NCBI GenBank assembly: GCA_964016885.1
Contig: OZ024748.1
Span: 53,382,001-53,446,000, forward strand
Direction: 5' to 3'
Length of the DNA stretch: 64,000 nucleotides
Source: Eledone cirrhosa
Lineage: Eukaryota
The notes under the pieces were generated by a model. It saw only the letters and a list, made by a program, of their open reading frames with translations, was not told the origin of the DNA and ran no database searches. Made by a program: the position numbers and the translations under genes. Shown here piece after piece: positions 24,772 to 37,785 of the stretch; the stretch's first letter is position 1; each line of letters starts with the position of its first letter.

Positions 24772-25054
24772 AGCTATTTGATTAATAATTCATTCTGTCC
24801 ACACAGAATGTTTGAAATACATAACATTATTGATGTAGATAATACTGAAACCGTTCAGCTTGACCAAACCAGAATTATGAGGTGTCAGTGATTTCCTAAT
24901 CTCATACAGATTAATACTGACATCAAATATATTAAAAAATTACCTATAAAAACAAAAGCTGTAGTGCGATATCCAAAACAGCTCAGTTGCAATGACTCTA
25001 TCTTGGCCATCTTATGTGGCCACTTAACCTGCTAGATATAACAGCCAAATCTGT

Positions 25055-25712
25055 TTAACCCTTTAGCATTTACATAACTATATGAGCAAGACATGGTCAC
25101 CCGACCAACCTTGCCTCAAGTGGGACAACTCCTGTCTAACCCATGTTAGCATGGAAGATGGACGTTAAACGAAGATGATGATGATGATAACTCTATATTT
25201 ATTATTGTATTTTCACAGAAAAGGCTTTATCTCACATAATTATCTCACATAATATCGAATCTATGAGATTTTGATATTATTTATTTTAAGAATAATTCCT
25301 TAAGCCTTTAGCATTTAAATTACTTTATATTTACTATTATATTTTCATGGTAAATACTTTATTTCACATAATTATCTCATAATATTGACTCCATGAGATT
25401 TTCATATTATTTATTTTGTGAACAATACCATAACATCAGTATAAGTGTTCAGTTATGGCTGGTTTGAAGAGAAAGATGTAACAGAATTCTGGCCAGATAT
25501 GGCCGGTTTAAATGCTAAAGAGTTAACGACAGGATGTGCACTCAGTTACGTACGGTTTAAACAGAAAGTGGTGAGAGAATTCTGGCCAGATATAGCCGGT
25601 TTAAATGCTAAAGGGTTAACGACAGTATGTGCACTCAGTTACGAACAGTTTGAACAGAAAGTGGTGAGAGAATTCTGGCCAGATATAGCCGGTTTAAATG
25701 CTAAAGGATTAA
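25055..25712. mobile_element. Composite piggyBac-type MITE cluster with duplicated body, three tandem right ends and an inserted SINE/RTE tail (about 25081-25188)
   Basis: TTAACCCTTTAGCATTTACA start; AGAATTCTGGCCAGATAT.GCCGGTTTAAATGCTAAAG..TTAA occurs three times in 25483-25712. Confidence 0.8.
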
Positions 25713-26086
25713 AGATATAACCATTGGATTGGATGGTCTTATAACTCCTGGGGAAGTCGCAGGGCCACCATATGTCAATATGCCATTTCTAGGGTATTTT
25801 AAAACCTGGTGGAGCCCATCTCTTCTCCAGGTCTGAATGCAGCAGATTTCTTCCAGAGAAGGATAAAAAGTGAGAGAATGGAAGTGAGAAAGAGATATAG
25901 AAGAAAGATTGACCCGGTACTAGATTTTTACTCCTTTCTATCAACCTGTCATGGATGAAATGCAAAGTTAACCACAGTAGGATTTAAACTCAAAGAGCTG
26001 AGAGCCAAAACAGTTACTGCAAAGCATTCTATCTGACATTCTAACAACTCTGTCAATTTGACACCAGAAGTTATAACCTTCAAACT

Positions 26087-26270
26087 AATTGTTTCTACTT
26101 TTGGCACAAGGCCAGCAATTACCAGTACATTACTGTTACTTTATTTTATCGACTCCGTAAGGATGAAAGGCAAAGTTAACCTCGGTGAGATTTGAACTCA
26201 GGTCGTAACGGGACGTAACTATGCTGGAAAGCATGGCATCCAACTCTCTACCTATACTGCCAATCCACCA
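26087..26270 (-). mobile_element. SINE family B (preceded by a more diverged copy at about 25915-26070)
   Basis: Family B central block and head on the minus strand. Confidence 0.87.
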
Positions 26271-26279
26271 AAATAATGC

Positions 26280-27461
26280 AGTCTACATTGGATAATTTAG
26301 ACCTAGAAAATGTTATGACTGTAAAGGAAATTGATAATTATAGGATCAATGAAACAATCAATAAATTGAAAAATGGTAGGTGAAGTTTCTGGGCCTTATG
26401 AGATGGCCCAAGTGGTGTAGCGGGATTGTAGGCAGACTAACAGAAAAGGTAAACTTTGTATGTGAGAGCTGTAAAGGGGTAGTTGGTAATAAGAGCAATA
26501 GCAAAATAAAATTGTTCCAATCCCAGGAAGTCTCCATAGTAGCTAATAGCTTCTGTTACTTCCCTTGGTCCTGTAACTCCTGATAGAGTCATAGGGGATG
26601 CCGTATTGACAATCATTATCATCATCATCGTTGTCGACGACAACAACAACAACAAGCATGTTTCTTGAGCATTTTAAGCCTGGCAGAGCCCATCCCTCTC
26701 CAGGCTTGAGTACACCAGATTTCTTTTCAGAGAGAGGAAGAATTGACCCCAGTACTACACTGGTACTTTTTTTTATCAACCTCGAAAGGATGAAAGGCAA
26801 AGTTGACCTCGACGGGATTTGAACTCAGGGAGCAGAGAGTCAGAACAAATACCATAAAGAATTCTATCCAACATTCTAACAACTCTGCCAATTTGCCACC
26901 TGTCTCTATCACTTAGGTGATCTAATTAACAGTGAAGGAAGTGGCCCTGGGGGGACAAAGTAGAATAAGAACAGGATGGAAAAAGTTCAGGAAGTTTTTA
27001 TTCCTGTTTACAACTAAAAGTTTCTCTACAAATGAAAAACTGGTTGTATGATACTTATGTATGATGTTGCATGTTAGTTAGATATAGGCATTGAATGCAG
27101 AGGACATATGAAGCCTGGGGAGAAATGAAATGAGCATGCTTCAATGGATATACAATGTTAATGTGCATGAATAGAGAAGCTTGGGTGAACAAAGAGAAAA
27201 GCTGGATATAAGAAGAATTAAATGTAGTATTGAAAACCGAAGGTTGCAGTGGTATGGACATGTGGGTCATAAGCATGATGATCATTGAGTGAAAAAATGT
27301 CAAGAAATGCTAGTGGAAGGATGCTGTAGTTGAGGAAGACTGGGTAGACCTGGTAAGACCTGGTAGGAGATGACAAAGGAATTCAATGTGGTAGAGAGCT
27401 GTACTGGAAATGACCAATCCAACCCATGCAAGCATAGAAAAATGGATAAAAAATGATGATA
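26280..27461 (+). mobile_element. Decayed RTE-clade LINE 3' part, split by a SINE insertion at about 26565-26900
   Basis: RWPKWCSGIVGRLTEKVNFVCESCKG (C-rich RTE insert), SFCY..., RIRTGWKKFRK, LQWYGHV; ends CCAACCCATGCAAGCATAGAAAAATGGATAAAAAATGATGAT. Confidence 0.75.
26565..26900 (-). mobile_element. SINE sharing the family B central block but with a different head and tail (family B2)
   Basis: Reverse complement matches 56368-56680 (GGTGGC.AATTGGCAGAGTT...TTTCATCCTTTC.AGGT.GATAAA...GGCATCCC). Confidence 0.8.
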
Positions 27462-27638
27462 ACCATTATAACATATATTTTATACATCAATGCATATGTG
27501 TCTACATGAGATATATAAAATGTGTCCATCAGTCCGCCAATGCTTATAATTTTGTTCTAATTATATATCTAGGCATATTTATATGGTATATATATATATA
27601 ATTATATATCTAGGCATATTTATATGGTATATATATAT

Positions 27639-27895
27639 ATAACGAAGGAGGTGTAGTGAAGAACCAGATGGAGCATAATGCACCAGAGTACTCAATACTT
27701 AGGACAGTAGAGTGGGTAATAGGAAAATGTTTGACCCCGACGGCAGAGCACAAGCTGTTTCGACGGCTATTTCTGGACTAATATTAGTCCAGAAATAGCC
27801 TGACTCTTTTCCTATTACCCACTCTACTACCCAAAGTATCGAGTACTCTGGTGCGTTATGGTGCACCAGGTTCCTTACCACACTTCATTCGTTAT
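27639..27895. mobile_element. Nested foldback, probably a Penelope-like terminus
   Basis: Imperfect about 90-bp outer arms (27639-27727 and 27807-27895) enclose a perfect 36-bp palindrome at 27765-27800; flanked by (TA)n. Confidence 0.65.
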
Positions 27896-27921
27896 ATTTA
27901 TTTATACATATATATATATAT

Positions 27922-28265
27922 GGAAGCACATGGCTTAGTGGTTAGAGCATTGGCCTTGCAATCGAAAGGTTGTGAGTTCAATTCTCAGACCGGGTGATGT
28001 GTTGTTTCCTTGAGCAAGACACTTTATTTCACATTGCTCCAGTTTACTCAGCTGTAGAAATGAGATGATAGGGACTGGGGTCCCTATCATTCCACTGCAA
28101 AATGGTCGTGGAGGTGCCACGGCAAAAAAGCACCCAGCACTCACTGTAAATGAGGTTTGTGTTAGGAAGGGCATCCAGCTGTAGAAATCAAGCCAGAATC
28201 AGTTCCCGTCCCACCCTTGCAAGCAGGGAAAAGCGGACGTAAAATGCGATGATGATGATGATGAT
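27922..28265 (+). mobile_element. SINE family A, full length
   Basis: Near-identical to 5196-5533. Confidence 0.93.
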
Positions 28266-28541
28266 ATATAGTAATAATAATAAATTTGAAGACGAAAATC
28301 CAAAGAGGGCTCGATAAGGATAAAATATATCAGATATATAAGAACCGTAGAGCAAATATTTATTAAAATAACAGATTAAAGTTTAAGCAAAGAATCGCTG
28401 CTTTCACCCTTAACGGGACCTTCTGAAACTAAAAAAGTCAATCTGTGAACGCAGAAGTAAATATTTCAAAAAACGTTGCAGCCGGAGGAAGACAGGAAGA
28501 CGATACTTTGGTTCGTGGAAACTTTCCCTGGCAAAGAACGG

Positions 28542-28577
<36 letters not shown>

Positions 28578-28582
<5 letters not shown>

Positions 28583-28788
28583 AGGCGGAGTGGTTGGAGA
28601 ATTGGATTCGCAATCGTAAGGTTGTGAGTTCGATTCCTGGACCAGGCGATGCGTTATGTCCTTGAGCAAGACATTTTATTTCACGTTGCTCCTTCTACCT
28701 GGGGTTGCGACTGATAGATAGTATTAGCAACTGGAAAGACCAACGGAAACATTGTTCCCTCGGTCCGATTTGACGAAAGTCGATCGTT

Positions 28789-28790
<2 letters not shown>
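28578..28790 (+). mobile_element. SINE subfamily A2, 3'-truncated, within (TA)n
   Basis: Matches 22778-22990. Confidence 0.85.
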
Positions 28791-28821
<31 letters not shown>

Positions 28822-29159
28822 TATGAATGTGTATATGTATATATCTATTATATACATTAATCTATATCTATGTAATGTAAATAAGAAAATATGATTGCAA
28901 ATGCAAGTTTCTCTCTCACTCTCTCTGTCTGTATATATATGTGTGTGTGTGTGTGTGTGTATATTTGTGTGTATATATGTATGTGTATATATTTGTGTGT
29001 GTATATATGTATATATCTGTGTGTGTGTGTGTGTGTATGTATACATGTGTGTGTGTATGTGTGTTTGTATGTCTGTATACATAAACTGAGACATGTATAT
29101 GTGGAACAGATAAATAGAAAGATAAATTGTAGACATTAAGGGAAAGATATTCTCTTTGT

Positions 29160-29900
29160 ATATCTATCTCTCCCTCTCTCTCTCACTCCCTATCTCTCCA
29201 TCTCTCCCTCTTTCACTCCCTATCTATCTCTCCCTCTCTCTCACTCCCTATCTATCTCTCCCTCTCTCACTCCCTATCTATCTCCCCCTCTCTCACTCCC
29301 TATCTATCTATCTATCTCCCTCTCTCTCACTCCCTATCTATCTATCTCCCCCTCTCTCACTCCCTATCTATCTCTCTATATATCTATCTATATCTATATA
29401 TCCCTCCCCCTCCCTTCTATTCTGTCCTTTTATCTCTTAAGTTTTCCAACTCCAACTATCCCAACCTACTCCATCGCTACATCCTTAGCCATTCCATGCT
29501 GCTGTACCATACCATATGTGGTGGTGGTGGTGGTGGTGGTACCGGTGGTGGTGGTGGTGGTACCGGTGGTGGTGGTGGTACCGGTGGTGGTGGTGGTGGT
29601 GGTGTTGGTGGTGATGATGGTGTTGGTGGTGGTGTGCTGGTGGTAGTGGTGGTGGTGGGGGTGGGGGTGGGGGTGCTGGTGGTAGTGGTGTTGGTGGTGA
29701 TGATGGTGTTGATGGTGCTGGTGGTGGTGGTGGTGGTGGTAGTGGTGGTGGTGGTGGTGGTGATGATGGTGTTGCTGGTGCTGGTGGTACAGTAGTTGAT
29801 GATGATGATGATGATGATGATGGCAATGTTGGTGATGGTGGTGGTGCTGGTGGAGTAGATGGTGATGATGATGATGATGATGGCGGTGTTGGTGGTATGG
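29160..29900. repeat. CTCTCTCACTCCCTATCTAT-type repeat (29160-29400) and (GGT/GAT)n array (29518-29900)
   Basis: Directly visible. Confidence 0.92.
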
Positions 29901-29987
29901 GATGAGAAAGGATTGTATTTGCTTTAGAAGATTAATAATGGAAAAGAGAAAAAAAAATTCACACATACACATACATAGACTAATGCA

Positions 29988-30046
<59 letters not shown>

Positions 30047-30204
30047 ACACATATGTATCGCAACATACATATACATGTGTGTGTGTGTGTATTAGTAGAT
30101 ATATTCAGGCACATACACACACAAACACACACATATGCATATATATATATATATAGGTAAAAATATAAGAAAATAAAGAAATAAAAAGAAACCAAGAGAG
30201 CAAA

Positions 30205-30236
<32 letters not shown>

Positions 30237-30413
30237 GATAATAATAATAATAATAATAATAATAATGTTAATAATAATGATAAATAAATAAGCACAGAGA
30301 AGAAGAAAACATAAATGCAAAATCAATCGGAGAAAGCCAAGTTATAACCGATTGATTGATTAAGAGAAAATGCTGTGGTTGGCTGAGAGTTCAATAATTT
30401 TTCATTAACCTAC

Positions 30414-30489
30414 TTTGTCGAAGATGCTGTCTTTAATGCTTTCTGACAGGGAAGAGAGAAGTGCACTGGTGCGAAAGCAATGCAACGTG
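30414..30489 (-). CDS. Candidate internal exon, 76 nt (TLHCFRTSALLSSLSESIKDSIFDK if coding)
   Basis: Long pyrimidine tract ending CTGACTTTTGCAG, donor AAA|GTAGGT, complex sequence amid repeats, two open frames. No protein family recognised. Confidence 0.45.
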
Positions 30490-31427
30490 CTGCAAAAGTC
30501 AGAGACAGATAGACAGACAGACGGGAGCATGAGAAAGACAAAGAGAAAGAGAAAAATAGAGATAAAGTGAGAGAGAGAGAGATAAAGTGCATCACCATCA
30601 TCCTCCTCCCCATCACTACCACCACCCCATACTGTGCCAATGCTAAAACAGCACCAAACCATACACCGAAAACCAAGCTGAACCATACTAAAATATGTTA
30701 AATCTAATGAGACTTAAAGCAAACTGGTATAGACTTGTCTAGACTCTGCTAGACAAGATGAAAAATTAGGCCAGTCCAGATTATAGTAGACCAAGAGAAA
30801 ACTTTCAAATCTCTGAAAAACCAAGTTTCTTTCATTTCTTTCTTTCTTTTTTGTTCTATTTCTTTCTTTATTTATTTATTGTGCAGACTGAATTCTTTCT
30901 TTACTTACAGTTAACATTTTTTTAACAACAAAGAAACATTTTTTTTTATATATATAGATGCATGTGTGTATTTTTTTGTGATGTATAGATATGTATGTGT
31001 GTGTGTGTATATATATGTGTGTGTATATATGTGTGTGTGTGTGTATGTAGACACATGTGTAGGAATCAATATTTCACAATTGTAAGGGAAATATTTCTTT
31101 TATTCAAACCAATTAGCAGAGAGCTCAATAAAAATGAAAAATATAAAAAAAAAAAAGAAACGAAAAAGAAGCTACATTTAAGGCAGAAATATAATGATTT
31201 ATAAGGGCAGCCAAAATGCAAAGACATTTGAAAATAATGCAAAAATAAAGACACACTTGAAAATAAAATGAAGCTACTTATTGAAATATATACATAATAT
31301 ATTCTTTTATCTTCCTCTTGGCATGATATTGTTTCTAGCAGTCAAATGTTCATAGAGATAGGTGTCTGAACATGAAGTGCCTTCATCAGCTGGAATCCAA
31401 AGAGAGATATATGAGAATTCTACTGTT

Positions 31428-31582
31428 TACGAGAGTCGACTCAAAAGTTGATAGGCTGACTATGAAGGAATGATGTTAGAGCTGTGAATTTTTGCATGCA
31501 TTAATTTCAACTCTTCTTATTAATAACTACATTGTTTTTTTCCATTTTGGTCAGCTCATGAACTTTTCAACTGACCCTTCTA
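31428..31582. mobile_element. Tc1/mariner-type MITE
   Basis: TA-flanked imperfect TIRs (TACGAGAGTCGACTCAAAAGTTGATAGGCTGAC ... GTCAGCTCATGAACTTTTCAACTGACCCTTCTA); the body is the reverse complement of 55885-56228. Confidence 0.72.
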
Positions 31583-32431
31583 AACTAAATCTTTCTTTTG
31601 AAGGTGTCTTAGGTGGTACAGCAGCCTTTATCAGAGTATGAAATTTTCAGCAGCCCCTTTTGTGTAGAAAGCAATGTCATTGAAACTGTCATTGAAGCTG
31701 TAGTGGTGGAGGCTCCTATGGGAATAGAGTTGATCTCCCACAGGAATGAGACCCTAGAGTTGGAATGGCTATTTCAATGTATCTCCCTTGCTATCCTCTG
31801 GGGTAAAACTTTGTCCATTCTATCTACTGGAAACAGGAAATGTTTTGCACCTGAGGTTCTGCATACTAGAAACTGTTCTCTCACACTGTCCACATTGACT
31901 GGGCTTGTACCATTGGAGTGGTGATGGTATAGATTGCTGATAGAATGAATTCTACGTCAGATACAGAAATGGTTTAAACATGAAAGGCACAATTTTACTC
32001 AGTTTGCTCTGAGAATCGTTGAACCACTGAAATTAACTTTCTAAATAGAATTTAGATTTGATTTACTGAAATGAGTTAGTATAATAATTATAATTAAAGG
32101 GATAAATAGTTTGTATGGATTTGGCAGGATGTATGTATACATACACTGGCCAATGGATAGACTTTAGATGTCCCCTGTCCTGTCTAAGGTGGGAATTGAA
32201 TTTCATATATATTCTGCTTCAATGTAATATGTTTGTTTGTTTAATGATGATGACACAATGATACAGAGATATTGTTTGTACTTCTCCATCTTTGGAGGAT
32301 TAAAAAGAAAAAAAAAATATTATGCAAATTTTCACCAAACATTATTTGAATAATTTGATGTACAACTCTCTTGAAACACATGTAAGGAATTAAAGATGAT
32401 TTAAAAGCTACTTTTTCCTTATACATACATG

Positions 32432-32507
<76 letters not shown>

Positions 32508-32789
32508 GAATGGAGGCGGTAAAAACAGTTAGACAATTACTCACCAGAGTACTCAATACTTTTGAAATGGCTTGATCTCAGCCATCGGGGTCCCGAATTT
32601 TTCCTATATATTATGTTATTTATTTATATTCATGCATGGAACAAAATTGCTAAGGTTTCAAGGGCCAATATAGTCCATAACTGTAGAAGGTAAGAGGTAC
32701 GAGAAATTGTCACCTAATCTTCTGCCAATCTACTAACCTATATTAATGCCATGAAGAATCCCTTCTGATTCTAGGCCTCACAAGCAGGT

Positions 32790-32998
32790 TTAACCTTTTA
32801 GCATTTAAACTGGAGGTATCCGGCCAGAATTCTCTCACTATTTTGTTTTCAAACCTGCTGTAACCGGCCACTCATACTGTTGTTAAGAGATTGTTCTCAA
32901 AATAAATAATATCAAAATCTCATAGATTCAATATTATGTGAGGTAAAGCATGAAAATACAATAGTATATATAGAGTAATGTAAATGGTAAAGGGTTAA
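32790..32998. mobile_element. piggyBac-type MITE in opposite orientation to 23113-23326
   Basis: TTAA|CCTTTTAGCATTTA ... TAAATGGTAAAGGG|TTAA. Confidence 0.85.
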
Positions 32999-33417
32999 AC
33001 ATAGTTGTATGTTTGTTGTCAATGACAGCAGGTACTCAATCATTGACGATGCTCTAAACATAAGGATTGCTATAGAGTCAAGTTGATCCATCTCTTCTAT
33101 ACCATGAAGATATTGCATATACAGTCAAGGTGTTTATATCTACATATAGCATTGACTTCAAAGTCACAATCAACCTTTTCATTGTTACAAATATTTATAC
33201 ACTTTATTTATATGTATTGAGTACGTATTCAGTTAAGATTTGACTACTTTTTTTATATCTCGTTATACATAGAATACATTCATTAATATATATCCTTATC
33301 ATCACGATTTTACTATATATATATATCACTATATAATATATCATATATATACACATACACATATATATATATATATATGTGTGAATATATATATATGTGT
33401 GAATATATATATATGTG

Positions 33418-33479
<62 letters not shown>

Positions 33480-33498
33480 CATATATATATATATATAT

Positions 33499-33530
<32 letters not shown>

Positions 33531-33573
33531 ACATACATATATATCTGTATATACATATATATACATATATATC

Positions 33574-33658
<85 letters not shown>

Positions 33659-33661
<3 letters not shown>

Positions 33662-33993
33662 GGCAGATGGCTTACTGGTTAGAGCATTGGGCTTGCAATC
33701 GAAAGGTTGTGAGTTCAATTCTCAGACCTGGTGGTGTGTTGTTACCTTGAGCAAGACACTTTATTTCACATTGCACCAGTTTACTCAGCTGTAGAAATGA
33801 GAAGATAGGGACTGGGGTCCCTATCATACCACTGCAAAGTGGTCGTGGAGGTTCCACGCCAAAAAAGCACCCAGCCCTCACTGTAAATGAGGTTGGTGTT
33901 AGGAAGGGCATCCAGCTGTAGAAATCAAGCCAGAATCAGTTCCCATCCCACCCTTGCAAGCAGGGAAAAGCGGACGTAAAATGATGATGATGA

Positions 33994-33996
<3 letters not shown>
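33659..33996 (+). mobile_element. SINE family A, full length, inserted in (TA)n
   Basis: Matches the other family A copies. Confidence 0.92.
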
Positions 33997-34028
<32 letters not shown>

Positions 34029-34229
34029 TATCTATTCAGATATAGATATATTGATAAAGATATAGATATACATAGGCACACTCGCAGAGGGAGAATGGAT
34101 TTTTAAGCAGGGTATATTAAATTAAACATATAGACAACAAATATTTCACATACTTATAAACATTTTAATAAATCATGCAATGGCAGATATAAGTGTGCCT
34201 ATACCCAGATATATCTACATATAAGTATA

Positions 34230-34332
34230 TAGTGTATATATCTATATATATATATATCCATGTGTATATATATATATGAATGCAGGTAGGTAGGATATAT
34301 ATATATATACATATGGATGTATATATGTACAT

Positions 34333-34364
<32 letters not shown>

Positions 34365-34409
34365 GTACATATATGTATATATATATATGTACATATATAT
34401 ATATATATA

Positions 34410-34470
<61 letters not shown>

Positions 34471-35222
34471 GAAAGGTATAGAAAATATTGTAGCAAAATA
34501 TATATATATATGTACATATATATATACATATATATATATATGTACAAATATATATATATGTACAAATATATATATATGTATACATATATACATATATATA
34601 TACATATATGTATACATATATATATATATGTATACATATATATATATGTATACATATATATATATATGTATACATATATATATGTACATATATACATATA
34701 TATGTACATATATCTATACATATATATATATGTATACATATATATATATGTACATATATACATATATATGTACATATATCTATACATATATATATATATG
34801 TACATATATATATATACAATTTTTTTTTTTTTTGTAAATTTTCCTGAAAAATATGCTTTTGATGTTTGAACAAATACGCTTAATATTGCATTAGGGATCC
34901 TTGATGGGAAACAGGCACACTGATCACCCCAAAACTATATTTTCCATTCTTTCTCTAAACTTCGCTTCATAAGCCCTTTACCCTTCTCCCCTACTGCTCA
35001 TCACAACTATACATATTAAAAGAAAAATATAAAAATAATCATATTAAAATACAAGTAAAGCACTAGATTACATACACTCATAGATATGTATATGAATATA
35101 TATATATAATCCACCCCCTCTCTCTCTTCTCTTCCTCTGTATGTATGTGTATGGTATATATATATATATATATATTTTATAGTGGAGACAGTAAAGAAAA
35201 AATGTGGAAGCGAAGAGGCAGT

Positions 35223-35260
<38 letters not shown>

Positions 35261-35375
35261 CATATATATATATTTATATATTAAAAAAACTACAGCCAAC
35301 TTTCATGATCGAGTATGACTTTGTATTATGTACTATGCATTCACTTGGCATTTCTCTTTCTCTCTGTATACACAC

Positions 35376-35412
<37 letters not shown>

Positions 35413-35764
35413 CATGCTTATATATATATATATATATATATATTCCATTATTTTGTCAAAGTCCTTGACAATTTTTTAAATATATATTTTGAAGAATTTT
35501 TCAATATAACACAATTTCATTGTGTACTTTGTATTTTTTTTTTTTTTCGGTTTTTCTCCTTTTTTCGTTTTTGCTTATCCTCCTTCATTTTTTTTTTTTT
35601 TTCGTCTATTTGTCATGTCATCTATAACAACCATGTGGTTTGTTTGGGTACATGCAAGCTTCATCTCTAGCTTCCATTATTTAACCCTCTTAAAATATAT
35701 TTACCATGTTACTGCTTATATGTCCACATATATGTAGAATGTGTATGCATGTATGTGTATATAT

Positions 35765-35795
<31 letters not shown>

Positions 35796-36174
35796 CACAC
35801 ACACAAATATATATATATATATATATATGCATACACACACACACACGCATATATATATATATATATAAATGTGTGTGAGTGTGTCTGTGTATATATTTGT
35901 GTTAGTGCAGCTATATCATTACATGCATTTAATTACATTATCTGTAAGTACATATAGAAAGATATGTATATGCATGTATGTATATATATGTGCGCATATA
36001 TGAGTACATAAACACATATATACAAAGAAATTGCTTATCTGCTTTATGCTTAAATAAAATTTGAAGAAGATAAAATAATAATAAATAATAATAAAATGAA
36101 ATATAATAATTTTGGCAGAAAGAGAATTTATATATATATATATATATATTTATATTTATTTATATATTTATATT

Positions 36175-36205
<31 letters not shown>

Positions 36206-36222
36206 ATATATATGTATTTATT

Positions 36223-36255
<33 letters not shown>

Positions 36256-36414
36256 ATGTATTTATATATTTATATATATACATATATTTATATAATATAT
36301 TATATATATATACACACATACATATATATGAATATATATATTTATATATATATATATGTATATATATATGTATATAAATATATATATTTATATATATATA
36401 ATATAATTTATATA

Positions 36415-36471
<57 letters not shown>

Positions 36472-36490
36472 CAGACACACACACACAATG
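34230..36490. repeat. Several (TA)n-based compound microsatellites interspersed with AT-rich sequence
   Basis: Directly visible at 34230-34816, 35220-35440, 35755-35870 and 36130-36490. Confidence 0.9.
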
Positions 36491-37227
36491 CACATACATA
36501 AACAATACTTTTTTTCTCTGGATATGAAAGTATTATTTTAGAAATCTCCGCCTGTTCTCAAACAGGAGTGCTCATATTCTATTGTATTATGTTGTGCTGA
36601 GTTATAAATAATTTCATCATGACATATACTTTCTAACTACTTATGTTCCTCATAAATAATACACAATAAACATAGGATTTGTTAAATCTCTTATAATTTT
36701 CCTCATGTTCTGTCAAGAACGTTTTTTTTTCCCCTGTTTTACAAAATTTCGTAAATAATTTTCTAGTTATAATATATTTATTCATTTAATTTTGATATAA
36801 TTTTTTAAATTATTGTAATGTTTGTTTGTAAATTATTAAAAATAAAATAAATTATTGAAAGTTTTCTGATATATTTGTAAAGCAGTTCTTTTTGTTTATT
36901 TGCTTTCATTTTTTTTTTTTTTTTTCCCCTTATTAATATTGTTAGATTGAATAAACTGAGGAACAATAGTGCTGCTGCCACAGTAATCCCATCTTTTTGT
37001 ACCATTTCAGACAATCATTATCCAATATGTTCTCCATTTATAAACTAAGGGGTGATTAGAGGAATATATATTTTTTTTCTGCTGCTATTTCTAGCAAGTT
37101 TGACAACCTTGTAAAGCTGTCTTGTCTGTATTGCCTCCAAAAGGAAATATACAGAGTTTTGTGAAACATTCTTACAAATATTCTCAGCATACAACAATAA
37201 TTTTGAAAACAGATTATTTTCAGATTG

Positions 37228-37785
37228 TAATTGTTTCTACTTTTGGCACAAGGCCATCAAATTACACCAGTGTATTACTGATACTTTACTTTATCAACCC
37301 CCGTAAGGGTGAAAAGCAAATTTAACCTCAGCAGGATTTGAACTCAGAACCTAAAGGGACATAACTCTATGCTGCAAAGCATAGTGTCGAACCCTTGGTT
37401 TCTGATTTAGGCACAAGGCCAACAATTTGGGGTGAGAGGAAAGTTGACTAACCCTTTAACATTTACATTACTCTATATTTACTATTATATTTTCATGGTA
37501 AAGACTTTACTTCACATAATTATCTCACATAATATAAAATCTCTGAGATTTTGATATTATTTATCTTGAGGACAATACCTTAACATCAGTATGAGTGGCC
37601 AGTTTCAGCTGGTTTGAACAGAAAGAGGTTAGAGAATTCTGACTGGGTATCAGTGCTTTACTGGTACTTTATTTTATCGACCCCATAAGGATGAAAGGCA
37701 AAGCTAACCTTGGTGGGATTTAAACTCAGAACATAAAGGGATGTAACTATATATTACAAAGCATGTGTCCGACGCTCTAATCCAT
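37228..37785 (-). mobile_element. Two SINE family B copies, the second interrupted by a piggyBac-type MITE fragment (37449-37645)
   Basis: Family B blocks at 37228-37395, 37398-37448 and 37650-37785. Confidence 0.8.

Noticed and set aside
30321-30357. 10-bp inverted repeat AATCAATCGG...CCGATTGATT
   Set aside because: Too short for a pre-miRNA; could be an intronic stem near the 30414 donor but nothing else supports it.
30443-30503. Plus-strand structured RNA or miR-33-like sequence
   Set aside because: Only short stems and no miR-33 seed match; the minus-strand exon reading explains the island better.
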